Positions 37,346 to 47,012 are shown, counted from the stretch's first letter. The stretch: DNA of 64,000 nucleotides from Candidatus Latescibacterota bacterium (GCA_965198115.1 OZ240241.1:7392001-7456000), one strand, 5' to 3'. Numbers and translations: made by a program. Notes: a model not told the origin generated them from the letters alone.

Positions 37346-38152
37346 TTAGTCGGGTGGGTTCCCGGTAATGTCGATAACCATGTTCCTGAGGTAGACGAAA
37401 GCTTCCTCGCCATACCGAAGTAAGTTCTCGAAGTCCTCGACTTCAAGCTCAACCGCGAGCGCCCCTTCATAGCCGATCTGGTGCAAGGCATCGATGTAGG
37501 CGCGAAGGTCGATCTCGCCAGCGCCGATCGCGACCGACTGGGTGCCGATGTGGTCTTTGACGTGGAAGTTGTAGATGCGATTGGTGTATTTACTGATGAC
37601 TTCCCGCCAATCGGTTCCCGCGGAGTGAAAATGCCCGGAATCGAGCGTGATGCCGACCTGTGGGGTCTGGATGCGCTCGAAGATGTAGTCGTAGTCCTCG
37701 AGCCATTGGATCTGAGAGTTGTAGTGAGGTTCCAAGGCGAGGCGCGTCGGTCGATCCTCGATGAGCGGGAGAAGGGCCTCGATTCCGGCTGTGGTAGCCT
37801 CGATACCCTTCTCAGTGCGTGGTCGCCATCCGGTCTGAACGACGAGTGGACTTCCTAAAGTCTCTGCCATGTCGAAAAGAGGCAGAAGCTCTCTGGCGAA
37901 CGCCTGTGCCTTTTCGATCGATTCGTTCGGGAAGCGTGGGGAATAGACCTCGGTGCACGTGGTCAGTCCGACCGCCTTGGCGCGCTCCGCGATCCGGTCG
38001 GCGTTGACCCACTGAGAGAGGTTACAGAGTGGACCGGCAATGCCCCACGCTTTATAGCCCACCTTTGGGGCATGCTCCAGGCAGAGGGCGACCTCATCAA
38101 CGCGAGGCATCCGCGTGGCGCAGGTCGTACAAGAAAGAGTAAAGTGGCTCAT
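37346..38152 (-). CDS. Sugar phosphate isomerase/epimerase (AP endonuclease 2 TIM barrel)
   Basis: LEPH, LDSGHF, FHVKD, G.GEID, GYEG.LAVELE. Confidence 0.88.
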   Translation of the reverse strand: MSHFTLSCTTCATRMPRVDEVALCLEHAPKVGYKAWGIAGPLCNLSQWVNADRIAERAKAVGLTTCTEVYSPRFPNESIEKAQAFARELLPLFDMAETLGSPLVVQTGWRPRTEKGIEATTAGIEALLPLIEDRPTRLALEPHYNSQIQWLEDYDYIFERIQTPQVGITLDSGHFHSAGTDWREVISKYTNRIYNFHVKDHIGTQSVAIGAGEIDLRAYIDALHQIGYEGALAVELEVEDFENLLRYGEEAFVYLRNMVIDITGNPPD

Positions 38153-38217
38153 TGGTAGGCATTCGACGCAGGGGCCGTAGGGGCTGCGGAGGAACTGCTC
38201 GATCGCTCCAGGCAAGT

Positions 38218-38249
38218 ACCGACACTTCGACTCCGCTCAGTGTGACGGT
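38218..38249 (+). repeat. REP-like element
   Basis: accgacacttcgactccgctcagtgtgacggt; near-identical inverted copy at 31203-31235. Confidence 0.8.
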
Positions 38250-38278
38250 TCGCTGGTAAATGGGTCGTGAGACTCACG

Positions 38279-39298
38279 CTATTTCCAGGGATTGACGACG
38301 ATTTTGGCGGCTTCGCCTCGGGCCAGGATTTCGAACGCGTCCTGGATTTCGCTCATGGGCATTTCGTGGCTGATCAGGAGGTCGATCAGGGGTGATTCTT
38401 GGATGACGCGCATGACTTTTGAATAGTCTGTTCGGTTGTAGAGCCAGGAGCCCTTGATCGTGAGGCCCTTGCGGATCATGTCACGACTTGCCTGGATGCT
38501 GAGGTCGGCGCCACTTTCGCCCACGAAGGCGACCCTTCCCCGACGCCGCGTTGCATCTATGCAGAGCCGTTCCGACGATGTCTGGCCGGAGCAGTCGACG
38601 GCGCAATCGACGCCTCTACCGCCGGTCAGGGATCGGATCGTTTCGAGGATGTCAGGGTCGTTTGGATCGAGAACGACCTCAGCGCCCATCTCGAGCGCTC
38701 GATTCACCCGCCAGGGAGCCGGTTCGACGCCGATGACGCGAGCGTTTCGGAAGCGAGCGTTGGCGATCGCCCCGAGACCGACCGGGCCGAGTCCGGTGAT
38801 GAGTACGGTGTCCTGTGAGTTGACGTCGATAGCCTGGAACCCACCGAAAGAGGCGCCAACGCCATCGATGGCCATCGTCGCCTGCGCGTAAGTCACGTCC
38901 TCGGGAATCTTTGGGAGGAGCCAGGTGGGTTTCAGCGTGAAATGGGCGAACGTCCCTTTGCCGCTGTTCGAGCCGTTGACTGCTTCGAAGTCCTGGTTGC
39001 TCTCACAGTAGACGTAGTCTCCGTCAAGACACAGGTCACAGTGGCCGCACGGGTATTGCGGGAGGATGACGACTCGATCGCCGACGGAGACTGGACCTCC
39101 CGGCTCGCCGATTGCGACGACTTCGCCGGTTCCCTCGTGGCCGGGTGTCTGGTGCGTTCGGCCGTTCAGGTAGGATTTGTACTCCGTACAAAGCGCGGAG
39201 GCATGGACCTTCACGAGCGCCCAACCCGGTTTGGGTTCAGGGTCGGGAAGCTCGAGGAAATCGACCTGGCGTTCACCCGAGATTACTGCCTGTATCAC
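38279..39298 (-). CDS. Zn-dependent alcohol/polyol dehydrogenase
   Basis: LCTE, GHEGTG, CGHCDLC...C structural Zn site, GLGPVG. Confidence 0.92.
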   Translation of the reverse strand: MIQAVISGERQVDFLELPDPEPKPGWALVKVHASALCTEYKSYLNGRTHQTPGHEGTGEVVAIGEPGGPVSVGDRVVILPQYPCGHCDLCLDGDYVYCESNQDFEAVNGSNSGKGTFAHFTLKPTWLLPKIPEDVTYAQATMAIDGVGASFGGFQAIDVNSQDTVLITGLGPVGLGAIANARFRNARVIGVEPAPWRVNRALEMGAEVVLDPNDPDILETIRSLTGGRGVDCAVDCSGQTSSERLCIDATRRRGRVAFVGESGADLSIQASRDMIRKGLTIKGSWLYNRTDYSKVMRVIQESPLIDLLISHEMPMSEIQDAFEILARGEAAKIVVNPWK

Positions 39299-39318
39299 GG
39301 TTCCTCCCCGTATTGCTG

Positions 39319-39980
39319 CTATTCACGTTCATCGTATTCGACGATGACATCGTCGCCTTCAATCTTGACGGGATCGTGCTTTGCGCACGCCTCCCAGATG
39401 GGATGATACATTCGGTTGCCGAACGGGCGCTCCGTTCCCATCGGAACCAGGACAGCCACCGTGTCCTTACGGCTGGCCAGTCTTTCAATCTCTTCTACAG
39501 CTTGCCTGGGATCGCTGGGTGAAACAAGGATGGAGTTGACGACGCGATCGTCCTTTTCCAGCCAATGTTCGATCGTCCAATCGTTGAAGGCGCGACAGAT
39601 GACGGCTGCCCAATCCGGATCCGGCGAACCAGAGTATCCGTAGAGGGCGGTGGCCCCGTCAACAGGGCTAGGTCGACGTTCCACAGGTCGAGGTGATGCT
39701 CCTGCATGAACTCGAGCGAGAAGTTGACTTCGCGCGATTGGAGTTCGGGTTCCTTGAGGTCCGGTCTGTTTTGACGATAGGGGACGTTCGCGAAGCCTCC
39801 TCCCGGCAGGTGCAGGCCTTGGTCGATCAGGTGATCCTGGTAGAACTTCGGCATGTAGGTCATCAGGTCGCTTGCCGACTTGAAATTATGGTGAATGTCG
39901 CAGTCGACGAGCGTGACGCCTTCTCTTCGCTTGCCGGTCCGGCCGGGCGCAGTGATGGGTGTGGTGCCTGGCTTGCTCAC
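39319..39980 (-). pseudogene. Amidohydrolase_2 N-terminal half (frameshift at 39654-39657) fused by deletion to a probable Rieske ferredoxin C-terminus
   Basis: DCDIHH, then after a frame change DPDWAAVICRAFNDW..EHWL..D, PFGNR.YHPIWEAC, then abruptly PVKIEGDDVIVEY. Confidence 0.75.
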
Positions 39981-40057
39981 GGTCTGCTCCGGTGATTGCC
40001 GAGGGTGGTGGCTCTCTGATCGGTGTTCAAAATACAGTTGTCGTGTGGCGTTGCAAA

Positions 40058-40135
40058 GCAGCAGAGGGGCAGGGAGCAGAGGGTGGGGGGAACATGCTGA
40101 GTCGCCCCTACTTCCTCCCCCTGCTCCTCAGCTCT
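40058..40135. repeat. 8-nt GCAGGGGA-like inverted periodic repeat
   Basis: gcagaggggcagggagcagaggg...tccccctgctcctcagctct; similar block at 62110-62162. Confidence 0.55.
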
Positions 40136-40194
40136 ATTGGCGGTGGCACGGCCGCACCTCCGGTGACCAGCTGCAGTTGGATGACATTGCAGCC

Positions 40195-41058
40195 TCAATC
40201 GGTGGGGAATGACAACGGGAACGTGGGCGCCGAGGCCTGGTGAGGGGTTCGCTTCTCGATCTTGCGACCGTGATATTCGCGGATGAATTCTGCGAGGTTC
40301 TTGCTCGCTTCCTCGAACACGAGCTTGCCTTTCTCGGCTGTAGCCTTTTCCGCCTCACCCATCACACCACTGTCGGAGTATTGACTGGTCCACTCCACGA
40401 GCCCTATTGAGCTTTTCCCAAACAGATCACCCCAGATGTATTTCGATCCCATCTTGTTGGTCTTTGCGATCTCACTCTTGATCTTGTCCTTGCGGACACT
40501 CTCGGGGGAGAGATGCAACAGCATCGAGGTTTCGAGCTCACCGGCGTGGGAACATCCTCCCGGGAATACGCTTTCGCGCCACTTGTCCTTGAATTCGGGA
40601 TCGACAGTGAGGAGCTGCCACCAGCTGCAGAACGTACAGCTTGCATCGGTCTCGACGATGAGCCGTCGCGCCGCCAACTCGACGAGGGGACCGTTGGACC
40701 CGTGGCCGTTGACGATGACCATCTTTTTGAAGCCGTGGTAGGCTAAGCTCTTGAGGATGTCGAGCACGTACTGGATGAAGTGTTCAAAGTGGATATTCAT
40801 CGAGCCCGGGAAGTCCATCACGTGATGGACGTAACCGAAACTCACTGGAGGAAGTACGAGGCTATATTCGGCGGCGAGGCGTGCTCCTTCAGTGGCCACC
40901 GAATTCGCGCAGAGATGGTCTACCTTGAGTGGGAGGTGGTGACCGTGCTGTTCGACGGCGCCGGTTGGCAAAATAGGAATCTTGCCCATCTCGACGGCTT
41001 CATTAACCTCCGGCCACGTCAGTTCATCGAACTTGTAGGTGTCCCTAACGGAAGGCAT
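40195..41058 (-). CDS. Creatininase family protein
   Basis: PTGAVEQHGHHLP..D, VNGHGSN, HAGELETS, SGVMG...ATAEKG; AAGGAG RBS. Confidence 0.92.
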   Translation of the reverse strand: MPSVRDTYKFDELTWPEVNEAVEMGKIPILPTGAVEQHGHHLPLKVDHLCANSVATEGARLAAEYSLVLPPVSFGYVHHVMDFPGSMNIHFEHFIQYVLDILKSLAYHGFKKMVIVNGHGSNGPLVELAARRLIVETDASCTFCSWWQLLTVDPEFKDKWRESVFPGGCSHAGELETSMLLHLSPESVRKDKIKSEIAKTNKMGSKYIWGDLFGKSSIGLVEWTSQYSDSGVMGEAEKATAEKGKLVFEEASKNLAEFIREYHGRKIEKRTPHQASAPTFPLSFPTD

Positions 41059-41198
41059 AATTGACTCCTTTGGGGACCGCCCCGAAAGTAGACGGGAGAC
41101 GGTCGACAGAGACGGCAATGGCTGCGTTGATCGCTTTCCTGCGATGGCAAGGTGAGCGTATTCCGTGGTGTAGGCCAGCCCTTTAAAAAGAGGCCGAT

Positions 41199-42315
41199 GT
41201 GAAAATTACGGATGTTGAGGCAATTCATCTGCGGTTGCCGGATGTGGCCGAGACGGCCGATGGGACGCAGGATGTGCTCATCGTGCGCGTTGACACCGAT
41301 GAGGGGTTCGTCGGTATGGGAGAAGTGAGCAGCCAATCCTACGTGTGCAAGGCGATCATCGAGGCACCACGGTCGGCCGAGCGACGGCACGGACTTCGCG
41401 AGATCGTGGTTGGTCTAGAGGTGGATGATATTTCTGCGCTCTGGGAGAGGATGTTACATCGGCACGAGCCGGTATGGGCGACGGGGCGTGGCCATTCACG
41501 CGATCAGCGGTCTGGACCTGGCGCTGTGGGATTTGAAGGGTAAGGCGGAAGGAAAACCGATTCATTCGCTTTGGGGAGGTGCGCAACGGGAGGTGATTCG
41601 GGCCTACGCGAGTCATCTGTTCGGAGACACACCCGAAGAGACCGCACAAAGGGCGAGTGAAGCAGTGGATCTGGGGCTGACCGCGGCGAAATTCGGGTGG
41701 GGACCGTTCGGGAGCGATCCTGAGGTGGATGTCGCACATATCGAGGCGGCGCGTGATGTTTTGGGTCACGATCGGGAGTTGATGGTCGACGCAGGATGCG
41801 CGTGGGATTGGAAAACGGCTTTGGATCGGATCGCCTTGTTCGAGCCTTACGATCTTTCGTGGCTCGAGGAGCCGCTGTCACAGGATGACCTGAAGGGCTA
41901 CGCGGAGCTGTGTCCTCGCTCAGAGACTCCGATCGCGGCCGGGGAGATGGAGACAAGCCACTACGCGTTCGAAGCCCTCATCGATTGCGGTGTACACGTT
42001 ATCCAAGCTGACGTGGCCATCGGTGGCGGGTTAACGATCTGCCGGCGCGTTGGCGAGCTCGCAACTGCAAAGGGCATCCGCGTCGTGCCGCACTGCTACA
42101 GCACGGGAATCAACCTGGCCGGCTCGCTACATTGGATTTGCACGCACCCTACGGGTGAACTTGTTGAGTATTCGCGGTCGCCGTCGCCGCTGATGAGAAA
42201 GCTGGTGAGTAACCTGCCAGCTTTGGAGGAGGGATACGTCCGTGTGCCGGTGGGAGCAGGATTGGGAGTCGAACTGAATGAGGAGGTGATCGAGCAGTAC
42301 CGAGTTTCGGAATAG
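41199..42315 (+). pseudogene. Mandelate racemase/rhamnonate dehydratase-like enzyme with a +1 frameshift at 41454-41455
   Basis: MKITDVEAI...LWERM then YIGTSRYGRRG...SGLDLALWDLKGK in the next frame. atgTtacatc has one extra T; total length 1117 nt = 372 codons + 1. Confidence 0.85.
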
Positions 42316-42391
42316 ATCAGCGGGATCCCGAACACCCGAGCAGTTTGAACGCTATGACTCGAAGGCACGAAGGCACGAAGACCTGCAGGAG

Positions 42392-42421
42392 CCCGCCTTC
42401 GCCGAGGCTTCGGCGCGCAGG
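42392..42421 (+). repeat. 30-nt hairpin module CCCGCCTTCGCCGAGGCTTCGGCGCGCAGG
   Basis: Same family as 32327-32352; CCC...CAGG termini. Confidence 0.65.
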
Positions 42422-42472
42422 CCGGGGGGATTTTAGCTGTGCATTTGCGGGTGCGAGTTCGGGACGCCATCC

Positions 42473-42504
42473 TAGCGTCCCCGTGCTGAGCACGGGGACG
42501 AGCG
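42473..42504. repeat. REP-like hairpin TAGCGTCCCCGTGCTGAGCACGGGGACGAGCG
   Basis: Perfect 11-bp stem; empty-site counterpart of 59160-59215. Confidence 0.75.
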
Positions 42505-42554
42505 TGGTCGTGTTGTTCTTTTTCGTCCGTTCGCAATTCATAAGGAGAGCAGTC

Positions 42555-43382
42555 GTGGCTTATACTTTTCAACCAGGCAAGATGTATCGGATGCCAACGC
42601 ACTTCGGTCCCAGTCTGGGTCCCCGTCAAGGCCCGGATGGGCGAAAGTTCGAGTGCAAGGACAACCCAAAAACGACTTCGATTTCCGTTTCGTTCGAGTC
42701 GAACCCAGACCAGCTGAATGCGATGCTACCCGAAGGGTTCGAACTGGACGAGCCGATCGTGACGGTATCAGCCTCCTATATGAAGGAGATCGAGTGGTTG
42801 GCTGGACGCGGTTACAACACGCTTGGACTGACGTTCCCAGCGACCTTCAAGGGGAAGGAAGACACGGCTCACGGACCCTTTCTCACAGTTCTCTGGGAAA
42901 ATCTGACGGACCCGATTCTCACAGGCCGTGAAGACATCGGCTTTTCGAAGATTTACTGCGAGTTGCCCGAGCCTCGATTCTGCCAAGGCGGGGCTTATTC
43001 CTCAGCGAGCTGGTTGGGATTCAACTTTATGGATCTTGGCGTCGAAAACCTGTCTGAGAAAGCCGTCGAGGGTACACCTGGTTCCGGGAAGACGGTCGAT
43101 GGCACTCTGCACCTCAAGTACATACCGAAGACGCAGGAATGGGGAACCGAGGACATCTGCTACACCGTGATGACGCCAGCAACTGGAGGCCACAGGAAAG
43201 TGGTGGAGCAATTGACGGGCGATGGGACAGTGGAATGGCATCGCGCGCGTTGGGAGGACCTCCCGACGCAATACACCATCATCAACACATTCGCGGATCT
43301 GGAGATCAGAAGCTACCTGGGTGGATCCGTCGTTCGGACAGTTGGCGCGAAGGATCTGAGCGATCAGACGATTCTGCGGTAG
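42555..43382 (+). CDS. Acetoacetate decarboxylase family protein
   Basis: AAGGAG then GTG; YRMPTHFGP, WLAGRGYN, VLWENLTDPILTGREDIGFSKIY. Confidence 0.85.
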   Translation: MAYTFQPGKMYRMPTHFGPSLGPRQGPDGRKFECKDNPKTTSISVSFESNPDQLNAMLPEGFELDEPIVTVSASYMKEIEWLAGRGYNTLGLTFPATFKGKEDTAHGPFLTVLWENLTDPILTGREDIGFSKIYCELPEPRFCQGGAYSSASWLGFNFMDLGVENLSEKAVEGTPGSGKTVDGTLHLKYIPKTQEWGTEDICYTVMTPATGGHRKVVEQLTGDGTVEWHRARWEDLPTQYTIINTFADLEIRSYLGGSVVRTVGAKDLSDQTILR

Positions 43383-43489
43383 GGCGATACGATGCAACCA
43401 CTGAGCACACGGAGCACACAGAGAGAGGCCGAGGGAGCTGGGTCATTTCCGAGATGACATTCAGTTCCCGATTCAGACCCGATTGGTCT

Positions 43490-43593
43490 CTACTTCCAGG
43501 GCGTGTCCAATTCCGCCCTCCCACCATCGATGAAGAGCGTCGTGCCTGTCACGAAAGAGGCGTCGTCGCTGGCACTTCGACAAAGTTGTTCAT
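43490..43593 (-). pseudogene. Short-chain dehydrogenase (SDR) C-terminal remnant
   Basis: Minus frame ASDDASFVTGTTLFIDGGRAELDTPWK* is a typical SDR tail; it follows an out-of-frame ATG AAC AAC TTT at 43593. Confidence 0.7.
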
Positions 43594-43607
43594 GATCCCG
43601 CCCGTCT

Positions 43608-43635
43608 GTAGGGTTACGGCATGCCGTGACCCTAC
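43608..43635. repeat. GTAG-family REP palindrome
   Basis: GTAGGGTTACGGCATGCCGTGACCCTAC, near-perfect palindrome with GTAG 5' end. Confidence 0.8.
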
Positions 43636-43656
43636 GAGATTGTCAGAGTTGAGGAT

Positions 43657-45186
43657 TCAAACCATATAGCAGTCAAGCTGCTCGACAATGATCCGTCCGG
43701 TATTCTCTTCGCACGATGACAGAGTCAAGCGAAGTTCATTGTCGCCACTCGTGAATGGCGGATCTACGACGAGGATCGTCCCCGTGGATGGGTCGCTGGT
43801 GAGATCCCACGAGACGTCTGTGGATACGTCGTGGCCATTGATCGCGACGGTCACGTCATCCGTTTCTACAAGTCCGATGGCCTGGATGGCGAGCCGGCAT
43901 TTGTCGTCCTTCTCTTTGGGTAAGTCCTCGCAGATACGGAAGCGGAAGCATCCTCTCGCCCCGGCTTCGCTGCGATCCAGCACAATCTGCTCTTTCTCGT
44001 AGATGTAGCTCATACCTCGCCCATCCTGGCGATCGCCCCACAGCGGCAGGAACGTGTAGTGACGTTCGCCTGACGCGAGGCCGGCGGAGTCCTTGAACTT
44101 CGCCAGATCGTCGAGAGGATTCGGATAATCGCCGAACCCTGGGGGATAGGTATGAACTTTCCCATCCGGCTCGGTCCCGACGTTGAATCGTCCCCAATGG
44201 AAAAAGTGATTCTGGACGGAGAAGCCATCGGCACCGGCTGCATAGATGTTGGTCAGGGCTGCACGGTATTGAGCGTTAGTCATGATCGTCGTGGGGTCAA
44301 GCTCGATTCCGATCTTGGGTTGCCTTTGCGGATAGACCAGGCAGTCGTGCTGTCGTGCGATCGAGGTGAAGTCTTCCCATTTTTCGTTGAAGTTGGTGAA
44401 TCCGAAGTCGCCGGGGGCGACGAAGTCGATCAGCCCTTCCCGGATCCAGGTGGGAATGTCGAGTCCCCAGGCGAGGCATCCGGCTAGCTGCTGAGGGACG
44501 CGTACACCGAGGACGAGATTCCGCCCACTACTTTCGTTCAGTCTCGTGCGGGCCAGCCGCACGAATTCGGTCATGATGTCGCAGCTCTGAGCTGCTTCGT
44601 CCCGTGGGAAGCATTCGACGAGCCGCGTGTAGTTGAACTCGACGCCGTCGACGTCGAACCGGGAGACTGCGTCCTCCATGATCGATAGGAGAAACTCCCT
44701 GACTTCCTCCACCGCATAGTTGAGCGAGGACCCATACTCGTGACTCTCTGGCGGTGCTCCTCGCCAAGATGGTTTGTACTCCCGGAGCACCCAATCAGGC
44801 TTCTCCTCGCACAGCATTTTGAAGAAGTCTGGGTGGTGGCCGTGACGGTCGTTCATCCTGAAACCGGCGAGGAATTCCATTCCCTGCCTGTGACATTCGT
44901 CGATGTAGATCTCGACGGGCATCACTCCGCTGTCCATCATCGGGACCATTCGTTGATGGTGCGGTCGGATGTCGTAGGGGCAGATATCGTTGCGCCAGAA
45001 CATCGTCATACACTCGGCGAAGATCTCCTGAACGACTGTGTCGATCGCCCCGCGAGCGTAGTTGCGGACAACGTTCCTGAGTTCTTCCTCGGTCGTCGGA
45101 TCGCCAAGGTGGGAGGTCGTGTTGGAGGGATCGGAAACGTATATGAGACGACGGTTGCCGCGTGGTTGGAGATTATTCAGTAGCAT
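43657..45186 (-). CDS. GHL10/DUF187-like TIM-barrel protein (paralog 4)
   Basis: GFRMNDRH, LNYAVEEVRE, FDVDGVEFNYTR, DIPTWIREGLIDFVAP, GADGFS..N. Confidence 0.75.
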   Translation of the reverse strand: MLLNNLQPRGNRRLIYVSDPSNTTSHLGDPTTEEELRNVVRNYARGAIDTVVQEIFAECMTMFWRNDICPYDIRPHHQRMVPMMDSGVMPVEIYIDECHRQGMEFLAGFRMNDRHGHHPDFFKMLCEEKPDWVLREYKPSWRGAPPESHEYGSSLNYAVEEVREFLLSIMEDAVSRFDVDGVEFNYTRLVECFPRDEAAQSCDIMTEFVRLARTRLNESSGRNLVLGVRVPQQLAGCLAWGLDIPTWIREGLIDFVAPGDFGFTNFNEKWEDFTSIARQHDCLVYPQRQPKIGIELDPTTIMTNAQYRAALTNIYAAGADGFSVQNHFFHWGRFNVGTEPDGKVHTYPPGFGDYPNPLDDLAKFKDSAGLASGERHYTFLPLWGDRQDGRGMSYIYEKEQIVLDRSEAGARGCFRFRICEDLPKEKDDKCRLAIQAIGLVETDDVTVAINGHDVSTDVSWDLTSDPSTGTILVVDPPFTSGDNELRLTLSSCEENTGRIIVEQLDCYMV

Positions 45187-45203
45187 TCCGGAATCTTGTA
45201 GAT

Positions 45204-45300
45204 GTGGACGGTAGACCCTTCGATATGCCTTCGCTGGCTACCCTTCGGACTGCGACCTTCGGTCGCTTGCTCAAGACAAAGCTCAGGGCGGGCGGTGAAG
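45204..45300. repeat. Triple-nested repeat: 7-nt repeat containing a CCCTTCG module (45216-45292) that contains a second module (45241-45281)
   Basis: gtggacggtaga[cccttcgatatgccttcgctggcta[cccttcggactgcgaccttcggtcgcttgctcaagacaaag]ctcagggcggg]cggtgaag. Confidence 0.65.
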
Positions 45301-45321
45301 GTGGAGGGGAGCGTTGAAGTC

Positions 45322-46083
45322 TCACCGTTCAATCCGTTGGGCGAGCCATTCGCGACACCTCTGTCCCTCGAAGCCCTTGTAAGTGGAGTAGGTGTCGCCG
45401 TCGGAGGCGGGATTGTAGGTGTAAAGGATAGCGCGCCTTCCTTTGTCTGTGCGATTTGCGAAGGAGTGGTGTGCCGTGTAGCAGCTGAAGACGACCAGGC
45501 TACCTGCCGGACCGGGGGCGTCAACGGAAATCGAGGGATCGTCGATCTCCTCCTTGATGAGCCTTGGATGGTCGTTTTCTCGTGGGATAAGCCCTTGCTT
45601 GTGGCTCCCGGGGACGAAACGCAAACAGCCGTTTTCCGGCGTGGCCCCATCGAGCAGAAGCGTGACTGTGATGAGCCGGTCGGTATAGTCCTGCCAATAC
45701 GCGTAGTCCTGGTGAAGGTCGTATTTCTCGCCAACAAAGGGAGGCTTGTAGTTGAGCTTGTCTTCGAACAGGAAGACCTCCTCGCCGAAGAACTGAGAGG
45801 CTGGCCCGGTCATTCGCGGATCGTAGACGAGGGCTTCGAGGGCGGGAACGACATCGATGATCGGTTCGATTTTCCGGACGATGACGCGCCCGTTCAACTC
45901 GTCCTCTTCCGCTCGGACGCGTGGGTTGTCGGGTTCGGGGGGTCCTGACCGCTCGATCAAATCGTCCGCCGCTTCGCGCAATAATTCGAGTTCGTCATCA
46001 TTGAAACCGGACTCGATGACGACGAAGCCATCGCGTTCGTAAAGCGCGATTTGCTCGGGTGTGAGTGGTTTCTGAATCGGCAC
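45322..46083 (-). CDS. PhyH-family Fe(II)/2OG dioxygenase
   Basis: LTPEQIALYERDGF, DKLNYKPP, LHQD, ENGCLRFVPGSH, HHSFAN; GTG start at 46083 preferred. Confidence 0.92.
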   Translation of the reverse strand: MPIQKPLTPEQIALYERDGFVVIESGFNDDELELLREAADDLIERSGPPEPDNPRVRAEEDELNGRVIVRKIEPIIDVVPALEALVYDPRMTGPASQFFGEEVFLFEDKLNYKPPFVGEKYDLHQDYAYWQDYTDRLITVTLLLDGATPENGCLRFVPGSHKQGLIPRENDHPRLIKEEIDDPSISVDAPGPAGSLVVFSCYTAHHSFANRTDKGRRAILYTYNPASDGDTYSTYKGFEGQRCREWLAQRIER

Positions 46084-46129
46084 GGAGTTCAGATCGTAGA
46101 CACGAGTGGCGCCCGCGAACGGGTCTCGA

Positions 46130-46969
46130 TCAAGACTCGACCCAGTGTCGGACGAGGGGTTTGAGGTCGGATGGCAGCGTTTTGTAGACCGAGTGCGGAA
46201 TGGGAGGTGGCGAGTTGGGCTTACCATCGGTCTCGACGACCATCATCGTATAGTCGGTCGATCCCATCCAGGTCGGCTGCAGATTCAGCCACCAGGCCGT
46301 GAAGCTGACGTTGACGGCGTAGCGAGGCTCGTCACTGCGGTTGACGGCGACGCAGTGCCAGAGCCGGCTGTCGAAGAGCATGACACTTCCGGCAGGGGCG
46401 CAGATCTGGAGTTCCGCCGGATGGGGTGCCTCTCGATCGAACATATCACCGCCGGACGGATTCGTCTGACAACGGTGGGAGCCTGGAAGCACGAGCGTGC
46501 CTCCCGTGGTTTCGTTGAATTCAGTCAGCATCCAGAGAGATGAGAGTTTTGTGCAGGTGTCGGCGTAGGGCGCAGGAATGTGAGCGGCGTTGGTCTGGTT
46601 GTAGGGCCAGTCGGCGTGCCAGTAGCCGCGGTCGTTGTCGGGGTGGTTGGCGATGGCGCCGATGCCCCAAATCCGGTAGAAATCGCCGAACAGAGCCTGG
46701 ACCGTTTCGGTAATACGTGGATCCGTCAGGTAGGGGGCGATCGACTGATCCTGGTTGATGATCCCAGGGTGCGCCTGGACGCCGGCGCCACCGATGCGAT
46801 GACCCTTGCCGCGAACCGCGGCAGTTCGCTTTTCGGTTTCCTCGTAGGCTGCGCGAAGGTGCGAGGCAATGCTCTCCCGTACGCCAGCGATTTCGTCAGT
46901 GGGAATAAGTTCTTCGATGATGCAGTAGCCTTCCACATCGAGGTGGGCGAGGATGTCTTTTGTGGTCAT
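46130..46969 (-). CDS. PhyH-family Fe(II)/2OG dioxygenase
   Basis: WHADWP, GGTLVLPGSH, AGSVMLFDSRLWH...N.S..PR. Confidence 0.92.
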   Translation of the reverse strand: MTTKDILAHLDVEGYCIIEELIPTDEIAGVRESIASHLRAAYEETEKRTAAVRGKGHRIGGAGVQAHPGIINQDQSIAPYLTDPRITETVQALFGDFYRIWGIGAIANHPDNDRGYWHADWPYNQTNAAHIPAPYADTCTKLSSLWMLTEFNETTGGTLVLPGSHRCQTNPSGGDMFDREAPHPAELQICAPAGSVMLFDSRLWHCVAVNRSDEPRYAVNVSFTAWWLNLQPTWMGSTDYTMMVVETDGKPNSPPPIPHSVYKTLPSDLKPLVRHWVES

Positions 46970-47012
46970 GTGGTTCTCCAATGTAGAGATATCTGTGTGT
47001 TCTGTGGTTCCT

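Noticed and set aside
40195-41058. Mycofactocin peptidase MftE / RiPP cluster
   Set aside because: No precursor peptide, radical SAM or RRE gene nearby.
42345-42554. 70-aa N-terminal extension of the acetoacetate decarboxylase ORF
   Set aside because: Translated repeat DNA; a strong AAGGAG precedes GTG 42555.
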